A stretch of DNA of 64,000 nt from assembly GCA_049509875.1 (NCBI GenBank), contig JBEKZM010000008.1, forward strand, positions 42,125 to 106,124. Reading direction: 5' to 3'. The DNA is from Verrucomicrobiota bacterium (lineage in GTDB: Bacteria > Verrucomicrobiota > Verrucomicrobiia > Limisphaerales > UBA11358). Positions 36,299 through 44,256 of this stretch are shown one piece after another. A model generated the notes under the pieces. That model worked only from the letters and a program-made list of their open reading frames with translations. It made no database searches and was not told the DNA's origin. The number at the start of each line of letters is the position of its first letter. The stretch's first letter is position 1. The translations under genes were made by a program, and so were the position numbers.

Positions 36299-38173
36299 AT
36301 GTCCGACCAGCCTCAAATCGAACGCCAGCGCATGGACGTGGACATCGTCTGCGTCGGCTTCGGCCCCGCCACCGCCGGCTTCCTCACCGCGCTGTCGCGG
36401 CAGTTGGTCAACGCTGACGGCACGCCCGCGGTGGAAAGCGCCGCCGTGCCCGGCCTGCCGCCGCAGGTGCTCTGCTACGAGCGCGCGGATGACTTGGGCT
36501 TCGGCGTGTCGGGCGTCGTGACCCGCGCGCGCGCGTTGCGCGCCAGTTTTCCGGATATCGCCAAAGCCGGCATTCCCATGGCTGCTCCCGTCACTGAGGA
36601 GAAAGTGCTCTACCTTCTGGACCCGGTGGGAGCCAGCCGCCGGTCGCTGGCCCTGCGGCTGGCAGATTCGGTCATCCGCGCCGCAAAATCCGCCCTGCCC
36701 GTGGAGCACGACGCGCTGAACCTGCCCTGGACTCCTTCCTTCCTGCACAAGCGCGACGGCCTGATTCTCTCGCTGGGCCAGTTCATGCAATGGGTCGGCG
36801 CCCAAGTGCAAAGCACGGGCACGGTGCAAATCTGGCCCGCGACCCCGGTGGCCGAAGTGCTGACGGAACCCGGCGAGCTAGACGGCCGGAAGGTCGTCGG
36901 CGTACGTTTGATCGACCAGGGCGTGGACAAAAATGGCAACCCTGCCGACGGCTTTGCGCCGGGCATGGACATTCACGCCGCGCTGACCGTCGTGGGCGAC
37001 GGGCCCGTGGGCGCCATTGGACGACAGCTCGACGCGCAATTTGGCCTGCCCAACGGCAACCACATTCGCGACTGGGCCGTGGGCATGAAGTTCGTCGTGG
37101 ATTTGCCCGCGGAGACGCCGCTGAAGCCCGGCACCGTGCTGCACACGTTCGGTTATCCGGAGCCGGAGATTTTCGGCTTTCTTTACGTGCACCCGGATCG
37201 CGTGGCGTCACTGGGAATCTTTGTGCCATCGTGGTTCGACAGCCCGGCGCGCACGGCCTACCGTTATTTGCAGCATTGGATGCTGCATCCGTATCTATGG
37301 CACCAGCTCAAGGGCGGCAAGCTCCGGTCCTGGGGCGCCAAGACGCTGGGCGAGTCCGGCCAACAGGGCGAACCCCGGCTCACCGGCGACGGCTATGCGC
37401 GCATCGGCGAAGGCAGCGGCACCACCAACGTGCTCACCGGGTCCGGCGTGGATGAAGCCTGGGCCACCGGCACGCAACTGGCCGAAGCCGTGCTTGAGTT
37501 GCTCAAGGCCAAAAAACCCTTCACCAGGCAGAACCTGGACGAGACCTATGGGAAACGGCGCCGCGCCAGTTGGGTCGAGGCGGAGGGGCAAATCGCCAAA
37601 AAGTCGCGGGACGGTTTCCAAAAAGGAGTCGCCACCGGCATGGTGGGAATGGCGCTCGCCGGATTGACCGACGGCAAATTCTCACTCGGCCGACAACCAG
37701 TGCCGCCTTGGAAACGCCTTCGCAGTCTCGAAGCCTATTACGCCGGCCGCATTTCGCCCGACGAGCTGGCCCGGCTGCGCGCTGAGTGCAAGGCGAAGAA
37801 TGTTTCATTGCACGGCGCGCTGATGGACCAGGCCGGCTGGCCGGCCATTCCCTTCGACGGCCAATTGCTCGTGTCGCATCAGGACGCCCTCCTCATGGGC
37901 GGCAAGGTGCAGGCGCCTCATGGGTATGCGGATCACATTGTTTTCCAGCGTCCGGAACTGTGCCAACGGTGTGGCGCGCGGATTTGCATCGAAGCCTGCA
38001 GCGGCCAGGCGATTTCCCCGGGCGAGAACGGCGTGCCAAATTTCGACCGGGAAAAATGCATCCATTGTGGCGCCTGCCTGTGGAATTGTTCGCAGGCCAG
38101 CCCGGAAAACCCTGAACAAATGAACATCGCCTTCCGCGCCGGCACAGGTGGATTGCATTCGGCGGAAAATTAA
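36299..38173 (+). CDS. Electron-transfer flavoprotein:quinone oxidoreductase (ETF-QO/FixC-FixX-like fusion)
   Basis: N-terminal FAD fold VDIVCVGFGPATAGFL. C-terminal ferredoxin-like cysteines CQRCGARICIEAC and CIHCGACLWNC. Start trimmed to the ATG at 36299. Confidence 0.85.
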   Translation: MSDQPQIERQRMDVDIVCVGFGPATAGFLTALSRQLVNADGTPAVESAAVPGLPPQVLCYERADDLGFGVSGVVTRARALRASFPDIAKAGIPMAAPVTEEKVLYLLDPVGASRRSLALRLADSVIRAAKSALPVEHDALNLPWTPSFLHKRDGLILSLGQFMQWVGAQVQSTGTVQIWPATPVAEVLTEPGELDGRKVVGVRLIDQGVDKNGNPADGFAPGMDIHAALTVVGDGPVGAIGRQLDAQFGLPNGNHIRDWAVGMKFVVDLPAETPLKPGTVLHTFGYPEPEIFGFLYVHPDRVASLGIFVPSWFDSPARTAYRYLQHWMLHPYLWHQLKGGKLRSWGAKTLGESGQQGEPRLTGDGYARIGEGSGTTNVLTGSGVDEAWATGTQLAEAVLELLKAKKPFTRQNLDETYGKRRRASWVEAEGQIAKKSRDGFQKGVATGMVGMALAGLTDGKFSLGRQPVPPWKRLRSLEAYYAGRISPDELARLRAECKAKNVSLHGALMDQAGWPAIPFDGQLLVSHQDALLMGGKVQAPHGYADHIVFQRPELCQRCGARICIEACSGQAISPGENGVPNFDREKCIHCGACLWNCSQASPENPEQMNIAFRAGTGGLHSAEN

Positions 38174-38200
38174 CCGTGAAATAGTTTCCATCCAGAATCC

Positions 38201-38854
38201 ATGAAAATCTCGATCATCCTCGCCCATCCGAATCCGGAAAGTTTCAATCACGCCATCGCCAGGACGGCCGAGGCGAAACTCCAGCAGCTTGGTCACAACG
38301 TGCGGCTGCACGACCTTTGCGAGGAGCAATTCAATCCCCTGCTGCCCACCGAGGAGCTATCCAAGAATGCGCAACTGGGCTCGGTGATCCGCCAGCACTG
38401 CCACGAAATCGTGGAGGCGGACGGCATCATCATCGTGCATCCGAATTGGTGGGACATGCCGCCCGCCGTTTTGAAGGGCTGGCTCGACCGCGTACTGCGC
38501 ATGGATGTGGCGTATCGCTTTGTGGCCAACGACCACGGCGAAGGTGTGCCGCAGGGCCTGCTCAGGGCGCAATCCGCCATTGTGTTTAACACGGCCAACA
38601 CGCCGGACGTGGCGGAACAGGCCCTGTACGGCGACCCGCTGGAAACACTCTGGAAAAAATGCATCTTCGGCCTGTGCGGAGTGAAAAAAGTCGAGCGCCG
38701 GACCTTTTCCGTGGTCATTACCAGCACCTACGAACTGCGGACATGCTGGCTGGCGGAAGTTCGCCAAATGGTGGCGGCTCACTTTCCCGCGGAATCGAAG
38801 GCGCAGACCAAGAAGGGTGGACTGCCGCGTGACCCGGTTCTCGGCAAGGCGTGA
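38201..38854 (+). CDS. Flavodoxin-like-fold NAD(P)H-dependent (quinone) reductase
   Basis: MKISIILAHPNPESFNHAI...ADGIIIVHPNWWDMPPAVLKGWLDRV, typical of the Flavodoxin_2 / NQO-like family. Confidence 0.8.
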   Translation: MKISIILAHPNPESFNHAIARTAEAKLQQLGHNVRLHDLCEEQFNPLLPTEELSKNAQLGSVIRQHCHEIVEADGIIIVHPNWWDMPPAVLKGWLDRVLRMDVAYRFVANDHGEGVPQGLLRAQSAIVFNTANTPDVAEQALYGDPLETLWKKCIFGLCGVKKVERRTFSVVITSTYELRTCWLAEVRQMVAAHFPAESKAQTKKGGLPRDPVLGKA

Positions 38855-41784
38855 GCCCGGTCCACAACATGACGAATGTGTCGGGCCCGTCACGCCGCAG
38901 CGGCGCAAAACGGTTTCCAAAGTGTTCGCGCCTTGCACCCTTGAACCCACAACGCCACATTTCGCCGAGCTGCTGGGAGTGTTTCTCCCTCTCCCCCGGG
39001 GAGAGGGCCGGGGTGAGGGCGGGCTTCCCCGTTGCCCATGTCCATCTCTCCATTCACGGGCAGGGTCAGCGCAAATCCCTCATTTCCAAGTGCGCCCGTC
39101 TCTTGGTGTTGCTCGCCTTGCTGTTCGTCTTGCTCCCCGTGGGCAGCAGCCGCGGCGAACCCGCAACGAACACGATCGCTGTCCTCGACGCGCACGGTCT
39201 CAGCGCCTTCAACGCGGGCTCGGCCAATCTGCTCCGCGACGCAGGGCTGCGCTTGCAACATCTAGTCCGGGAGCAGGATCCAGGAGAACCCGGACATGAC
39301 TTCGACCCTGTGGCCACCCGCTACGACCCCAGCGACCGCCGCCTGGAGCAAACCTATCGCTGGGGTTCGCTGGCCTGTGCCTATACGCCGGTGACGGATG
39401 GACTCGATCTGGTCGTAACGGTGCGCAACACCAGCCCGCGCCCGTTGCAGGCCGTTCACTTTGATGTGCTCCGGCTTCATTTTCCCACCGTGCCGGATGG
39501 TGTTCCATGGCAGGATCGCTGGACGATTCTGAGGGGCGGCGCCGCCAGCGAGGAGCCGCCGGCGATCGTTGCCCGATGGGAGGACGGCAGCCTTGCCTTG
39601 TACAACGAAATCCTGCCGCAGGAAATGGTCTTCGGCTTTCGCCCGGATTTCCCGACCGGCGACCACGCCCTCGTCATCCAGAGGCAGACCCCCTTGCCCG
39701 CCGGCGAAAGCGCCACTTGCCAACTTCATTTGCGCGCCGGGGCGCCCAAGGCATCGCTTCGAGATCTCGCCGCCCCGGCCTATGACGCCTTTGCCCAAAA
39801 ACATCCGCGCGAGCTCCAGTGGAACGATCATCGTCCCATTGCCACCGTCTTTTTCGCCACCTCCATCGCCGGTTACCCGCATAATCCCCGCGGCTGGCTG
39901 CTGGATGCCAGCCTCGATACCACCACGGACGTGGGACGGGCCAAATTCAAAGAGGCCATGTTGCGTCGTGCCGATGAAACGATCCGCAACGCCCGGCGCC
40001 TGAACGCGCAGGGCCTCATCGTATGGGACGTCGAAGGCCAGGAAATGCCGCATCCGACGAGCTATCTTGGCGATCCGCGCGTTTTGTCCCAGGCCGCTCC
40101 GGAGATGGACGCCATCGCCGACGAGATTTTCGCCCGCGTGCGCGCGGCCGGTCTGCGCACAGGCGTGACCATCCGCCCCACCCGACCGGTCCGAAAGGCG
40201 GGAGCCAATTCACCGTGGGAGCAGACCGTGGTGTCCAATCCGACGGCGGAAATGCAGGCAAAAATAACGTATGCGCGCCAACGCTGGGGCTGCACCTTGT
40301 TTTACGCGGACTCCAACGTGGAAGACCGCCAGCTTGACGGTCGCACCCAAACCCGCACCATGCCGGCGGCAGTTTTCGAGCAGTTGGCCCGGCAAAATCC
40401 GGACATTTTGTTGATGCCCGAGCATGCGGAAGTTCAATATTGGGCCACGACCGTGCCCTATAAGGAATATCCTCAAGGCTACAGTTCCACTCCGGACGAG
40501 GTCCACGCCGTTTACCCGCAAGCCTTTACCGTCCTGCGCGTGGTGGACGGCCCGCCGTTGGAGGCGCACTGGTCCGAACTCATGCACGCCGTGGCTGCCG
40601 GCGACGTCCTTCTGTTCCGCGCCTGGTGGAGTGACCCCGTCAATGACCAGGTCAAACGCCTCTACGAGGAGGCCGCCGCCAGCCCGCCGGCCCCGGCCAG
40701 GGGCACGTTGCGCCAGGCGGCTGGCCACCGGCTGCTGCTGGGTTGTGCCATGGCGTCGCGCGACCTGGACGATCCGAAACTGATGGCCCTGGTCACGAAC
40801 CAGTTTGATTGCATCACGCCGGAATGCGATTTCATGCCCGCGCGCCTGGTGGATGACCGCGGGAATTACACCTTTGACGCGGGTGACCGGGTGGTGGCGT
40901 TCGCAGAGGCGCAGCACCTGCCGGTGCTCGGCCACATGCTGATCTGGCATCAGGTGACCCGGCTTTGGCTGTTCGCAGATCCGGCGGGTAAGCCGCTGCC
41001 CAGGGAAAAGGCCCTCGCGAATTTGAAGAATTACATCGACTCTGTGATGGGCCACTACCGGGGGCGGATCAAGGCCTGGAACGTGGTGAACGAAGCCATC
41101 AGCGACGACGACGGCGAGTATTTGCGGGATACCCCGGCACGGCGGGCGATTGGCGATGATTATATTGAGCAGGCTTTTGAATTTGCGCATGCCGCGGATC
41201 CCAAGGCCGGGCTGTATTGCAATGATTACAACATCGAGCAGCCCGCGAAACTCGCAAAGACCCTCCGCCTCATCCATTCCCTCCAGGCCAAAGGAGTGGC
41301 AATCAACGCGGTCGGCATCCAGGGCCACTGGCTCCTCGGTTGGCCGCCCACCGACATGATCGACCGGGGCATCGACGCGCTGGCAGCCACCGGGGTCAAG
41401 GTGATGATCACCGAACTGGACGTGGATCCTTTGCCCCGCGAGGTCAGCGGCGCAGACATGGCTGTGGCTGAAACCGGAGCCAACCCGTATCCCCACGGTT
41501 TGCCGCCCGACGTGCAGACGAAACTGGCGAAGCGCTACGGCGAAATCGTCGCGGCTATCGTCCGCCATCCCTCAGTGACGATGATAGGTTTCTGGGGCAC
41601 CCACGACGGCCGCTCCTGGTTGAACGATTTTCCGGTCAGGGGCCGCACGAATCATCCGCTCCTCTTCGATCGCGACTACCAGCCCAAGCCAGCCTTCGAC
41701 GCTGTAATTGAGGCGCTGAAAGCAGCCGGGCAGGCGGGACCTGGCCGATCCGCCGAACCGAAGCCAATGGGCAAAAGCGGGTAG
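38851..41784 (+). CDS. Secreted or anchored two-domain glycoside hydrolase: unknown ~600-aa N-terminal region + C-terminal GH10 (xylanase-type) domain
   Basis: C-terminal GH10 motifs WNVVNEA and ITELDV. Hydrophobic leader ARLLVLLALLFVLLPVGSS at ~39090-39150. The first ~60 codons of the track ORF (GTG at 38851) read through repeat R2, so the true start is uncertain (ATG at 38869, or TTG/GTG near 39100). Confidence 0.75.
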   Translation: MSPVHNMTNVSGPSRRSGAKRFPKCSRLAPLNPQRHISPSCWECFSLSPGERAGVRAGFPVAHVHLSIHGQGQRKSLISKCARLLVLLALLFVLLPVGSSRGEPATNTIAVLDAHGLSAFNAGSANLLRDAGLRLQHLVREQDPGEPGHDFDPVATRYDPSDRRLEQTYRWGSLACAYTPVTDGLDLVVTVRNTSPRPLQAVHFDVLRLHFPTVPDGVPWQDRWTILRGGAASEEPPAIVARWEDGSLALYNEILPQEMVFGFRPDFPTGDHALVIQRQTPLPAGESATCQLHLRAGAPKASLRDLAAPAYDAFAQKHPRELQWNDHRPIATVFFATSIAGYPHNPRGWLLDASLDTTTDVGRAKFKEAMLRRADETIRNARRLNAQGLIVWDVEGQEMPHPTSYLGDPRVLSQAAPEMDAIADEIFARVRAAGLRTGVTIRPTRPVRKAGANSPWEQTVVSNPTAEMQAKITYARQRWGCTLFYADSNVEDRQLDGRTQTRTMPAAVFEQLARQNPDILLMPEHAEVQYWATTVPYKEYPQGYSSTPDEVHAVYPQAFTVLRVVDGPPLEAHWSELMHAVAAGDVLLFRAWWSDPVNDQVKRLYEEAAASPPAPARGTLRQAAGHRLLLGCAMASRDLDDPKLMALVTNQFDCITPECDFMPARLVDDRGNYTFDAGDRVVAFAEAQHLPVLGHMLIWHQVTRLWLFADPAGKPLPREKALANLKNYIDSVMGHYRGRIKAWNVVNEAISDDDGEYLRDTPARRAIGDDYIEQAFEFAHAADPKAGLYCNDYNIEQPAKLAKTLRLIHSLQAKGVAINAVGIQGHWLLGWPPTDMIDRGIDALAATGVKVMITELDVDPLPREVSGADMAVAETGANPYPHGLPPDVQTKLAKRYGEIVAAIVRHPSVTMIGFWGTHDGRSWLNDFPVRGRTNHPLLFDRDYQPKPAFDAVIEALKAAGQAGPGRSAEPKPMGKSG
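38917..39027 (+). repeat. Intergenic repeat family R2, copy a
   Basis: About 110 bp alignable with 53309-53417, including an identical 29-mer ggggagagggccggggtgagggcgggctt. Contains the palindrome CCCTCTCCCC-c-GGGGAGAGGG. Confidence 0.85.
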
Positions 41785-41825
41785 TTTTTTGCCCGGTGCG
41801 CCGCTGGCGCCAGCCTTGAATTTTT

Positions 41826-42635
41826 ATGAACATAGCCTACCAAATCGTTGTTTGCGGCAGCATCGTGCCCGATCCTCTGCAAACCCTTGAACCCGTCGCG
41901 TCGCCCGCCGGCCCGGCCTTGAAGAATGAAATGATGCTGCCTGCCGTCTTGGATCCCTGGGCCGGCCATGCGCTGTTTGAAGCCGCGAACCTGGCGAAAA
42001 ACCTTCCCGGCAGCAAGGTCTGGCTCGTGAGCCTCGGCCCCAAGGCCAAGCTTCAGCAGGTCATGATGACCGTCGCCCAGAAGGTGCCTTTTGCGCTCGT
42101 TGCCCTGGACGGCCCGGCTGGCGGCTTCACCGACGCCGGCGAAACGGCGGCGGCGCTGGCCGAAGCCATCCAGGCCATTCCCGGCCTGGACAAGTCCAGG
42201 CTATTGGTTTTCGGCGGCTGGGAATCCGCCTCGCGCGGAGCCGGCGCCACCCTGCAAATGATCGGCGAACGCCTCGGCATTTTGGACCAGTTCCAAGGTG
42301 TGGATGGACTCAAGGTGGACGCCGACGGCTCCTTCGAAATTCTCGAACGCATCGAGGGCGGCCGGCACCAGGTTTCCAAATGCGCCGGCGCGCCGGCGCT
42401 GCTCGGCTGGGCCACCGGCAATTTGCCCGAACCGAAAAACAATCCGCCAGTGGGCATGGTGAACATGCGCACGGTCATGCCGGCGCTGCAAAAAGCCAGG
42501 CCCGTCAAGTTTGCCGGCACCGGCCTGAGCTTTTCCACCGTGGCGCTCCCCAAACAGATGCGCGCAACCCAGGTGGTGAAGGACAAGACGCCGGACGCCA
42601 TCGCCCAGGAAATTGTCGAATGGATCAAAAAATGA
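41826..42635 (+). CDS. etfB: Electron-transfer flavoprotein beta-subunit-like protein (divergent)
   Basis: 269 aa with EtfB-like topology (IVVCGSIVPDP...LDPWAGHALFEAANLAK...LLVFGGWESASRGAGATLQMIGERLG). Adjacent to an etfA-like gene and in the same strand block as ETF-QO. Confidence 0.75.
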   Translation: MNIAYQIVVCGSIVPDPLQTLEPVASPAGPALKNEMMLPAVLDPWAGHALFEAANLAKNLPGSKVWLVSLGPKAKLQQVMMTVAQKVPFALVALDGPAGGFTDAGETAAALAEAIQAIPGLDKSRLLVFGGWESASRGAGATLQMIGERLGILDQFQGVDGLKVDADGSFEILERIEGGRHQVSKCAGAPALLGWATGNLPEPKNNPPVGMVNMRTVMPALQKARPVKFAGTGLSFSTVALPKQMRATQVVKDKTPDAIAQEIVEWIKK

Positions 42636-42643
42636 ACCAAATG

Positions 42644-43091
42644 GCCGCGAAAAGGCGCAAAAGGCGCAAAATATGAAAACTCAAAGCGAAATATTCCAAC
42701 TCTGTGACCAAATTCGTGAGACCGCGTTTGCCTTGCATCGCTACTTGCGGCACGGCCATTTGGAAAAAGTCTATGAAAACGGGCTGGCCAATCGGTTGCG
42801 CAAGGCGGCCATTCAAGTCAAACAACAGCACGCCTTGCAAATGCTCGACGAGGACGGCACGGTGCTCGGCGATTATTTCGCCGATTTGTTCGTAGCCGAT
42901 GAATTGATTGTCGAGTTGAAGGCGTGCAAGGCCCTTGCTGACGAACACGTCGCCCAAGTCCTCGGTTACTTGCGCGGTTCGAGGATTGAATACGGCCTGC
43001 TGATCAATTTCGGTTCCAGCAAGCTGGAAATTCGCAAGTACGTTTTGACCGACGCAGGTTGATTTTTGCGCTTTTTGTGCCTTTTTGCGGC
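42644..43091 (+). mobile_element. Inverted-repeat-flanked GxxExxY gene cassette inserted between etfB and etfA
   Basis: Left IR GCCGCGAAAAGGCGCAAAAGGCGCAAAAT (42644-42672). Right IR ATTTTTGCGCTTTTTGTGCCTTTTTGCGGC (43062-43091), whose reverse complement is GCCGCAAAAAGGCACAAAAAGCGCAAAAAT. The cassette starts 8 nt after the etfB stop and ends 18 nt before the etfA ATG. Confidence 0.7.
42673..43062 (+). CDS. GxxExxY-family protein (PD-(D/E)XK-like; the kind found in 23S rRNA intervening sequences)
   Basis: HGHLEKVYENGLANRL (GxxExxY-type motif, here G-H-L-E-K-V-Y) ...DLFVADELIVELKACKAL...QVLGYLRGSRIEYGLLINFG. Start trimmed to the ATG at 42673, because the upstream 20 codons (..REKAQKAQN) merely translate the flanking repeat. 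Confidence 0.85.
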   Translation: MKTQSEIFQLCDQIRETAFALHRYLRHGHLEKVYENGLANRLRKAAIQVKQQHALQMLDEDGTVLGDYFADLFVADELIVELKACKALADEHVAQVLGYLRGSRIEYGLLINFGSSKLEIRKYVLTDAG

Positions 43092-43109
43092 TAAAGAAAT
43101 TTTAAAATT

Positions 43110-44147
43110 ATGGAAACAATTCTCGTTTTAACGCACACGGAAGCGGACGGCTCGCTCGCCCAATCGGCCCGCGAAGCCATGCACGCAGCGGCCACCCTGC
43201 ATAAATCCCTCGCCGGCTCCAAGTTTGTCATTGGCCTGGTTGGGGAGAACGTGCAGGCGGCCGCCAATTCAATTGCCTCCTGCCCGGCGACGAAATATCT
43301 CGGCGTAGCCGGCGCGGACTTCGCCCAGGCCCGCTATGCCACGGATGCGGCGGCGGCCGAAGCGATTTGCCGGGCGGCGCAAGCCACCGTCGTGGTGGCG
43401 CCAGCCACCGCGCGTTGGGCGCGCGTGCTGTCCGGCGTGGCCCAGCGCCTCGGCGGCTGCGTGGACACCCACGTCACCGGCGTGGCGGTCGCGGATGGCA
43501 AAATCTCGATTAGCCGCTGGTATTACCGCCAGCGCATGGAAGGTACCCTCACGCGGCTGCAACGTCCGTGGTTGCTGGGCATCGACCCTGGCAGCCAGGC
43601 GCCGTGCGACTGCGGCGCGGGTGCCGCCCAGGTGGAAACGGTGGCGGTCGCCCTGCCCGAAGCCGCCAGACGCACCACGGTCATCGGCCTTCGCGAGCCG
43701 AAGGCCGACGCGCAGACGATCCGCCCGGACGCGCAATTGCTCTTTGTCACCGGCGCGGGCTGGACCAAGAAACAGGCCGACGGGCAGGCGCATGTCGCGG
43801 AAGCGGGGAAATTGATCCTCGAGTTCCTGAAAAAATCGCGCGCGTCGCTTGGCAGCAGCAAGTCGCTGGTGGACTTGAGCGGCGAAGGACAGTCCGTCCT
43901 CCCGTTCCTCTCCCATTTGAACCAGATCGGCCAGACCGGCGCCACGCCGCGTCATCCGAAAGGGCTGAGCACCTGCTGTCACGGCGAGGAACCGCACACG
44001 GTCGGCTGGCGGTTTATCGGCGAGCGCCGCGCCATCAGCCTGGACCCCAATTGTGGCTGGGCCCGGGGCAAGGCGGACGTGCTCTACGTGGCGGATGCCT
44101 TCAAAGTGATCAGCAAGGTCAACGAACTGCTGGCCGCCAATCCGTAA
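43110..44147 (+). CDS. etfA: Electron-transfer flavoprotein alpha-subunit-like protein (divergent)
   Basis: C-terminal half aligns by eye to EtfA (SLGSSKSLVD...QIGQTGATP...ISLDPNCGWARGKADVLYVADAFKVISKV). The canonical GISGAIQH stretch reads CCHGEEPH. Confidence 0.75.
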   Translation: METILVLTHTEADGSLAQSAREAMHAAATLHKSLAGSKFVIGLVGENVQAAANSIASCPATKYLGVAGADFAQARYATDAAAAEAICRAAQATVVVAPATARWARVLSGVAQRLGGCVDTHVTGVAVADGKISISRWYYRQRMEGTLTRLQRPWLLGIDPGSQAPCDCGAGAAQVETVAVALPEAARRTTVIGLREPKADAQTIRPDAQLLFVTGAGWTKKQADGQAHVAEAGKLILEFLKKSRASLGSSKSLVDLSGEGQSVLPFLSHLNQIGQTGATPRHPKGLSTCCHGEEPHTVGWRFIGERRAISLDPNCGWARGKADVLYVADAFKVISKVNELLAANP

Positions 44148-44256
44148 TGCGTCCCGGTAGCGCACAACGTGAGTGAGTCGGGCCCGCAAGACAGAGCGCG
44201 CAACGTCACCTCGTCGCCGGCAACGCCGCGTCGCGCACGACGTGAGAGTGCGGGCG

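Noticed and set aside
40210-41568. 452-aa minus-strand ORF, plus similar long antisense ORFs at 27485-28504, 28507-29235, 43269-44189, 50332-51669, 59704-60615 and 61331-62377
   Set aside because: All lie opposite genes with clear family signatures (GH10, rplM/rpsI, argC, etfA, hemL, REC-DUF4388, AMP-ligase), and all have Arg/His/Gly/Ala-dominated composition.
44160-44255. Direct repeat GCGCACAACGTGAGTGAGTCGGGC / GCGCACGACGTGAGAGTGCGGGC, plus a G-rich stretch (gcgggcgtcaggggcgggatttcc), considered as a third copy of repeat R2
   Set aside because: Similarity to R2 is limited to a short G-rich run, and the G-rich run (from 44251) continues past 44255 into the 3' end of the GST-like coding sequence (stop at 44257). 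That is too weak to call a family member. The local direct repeat is real but short.
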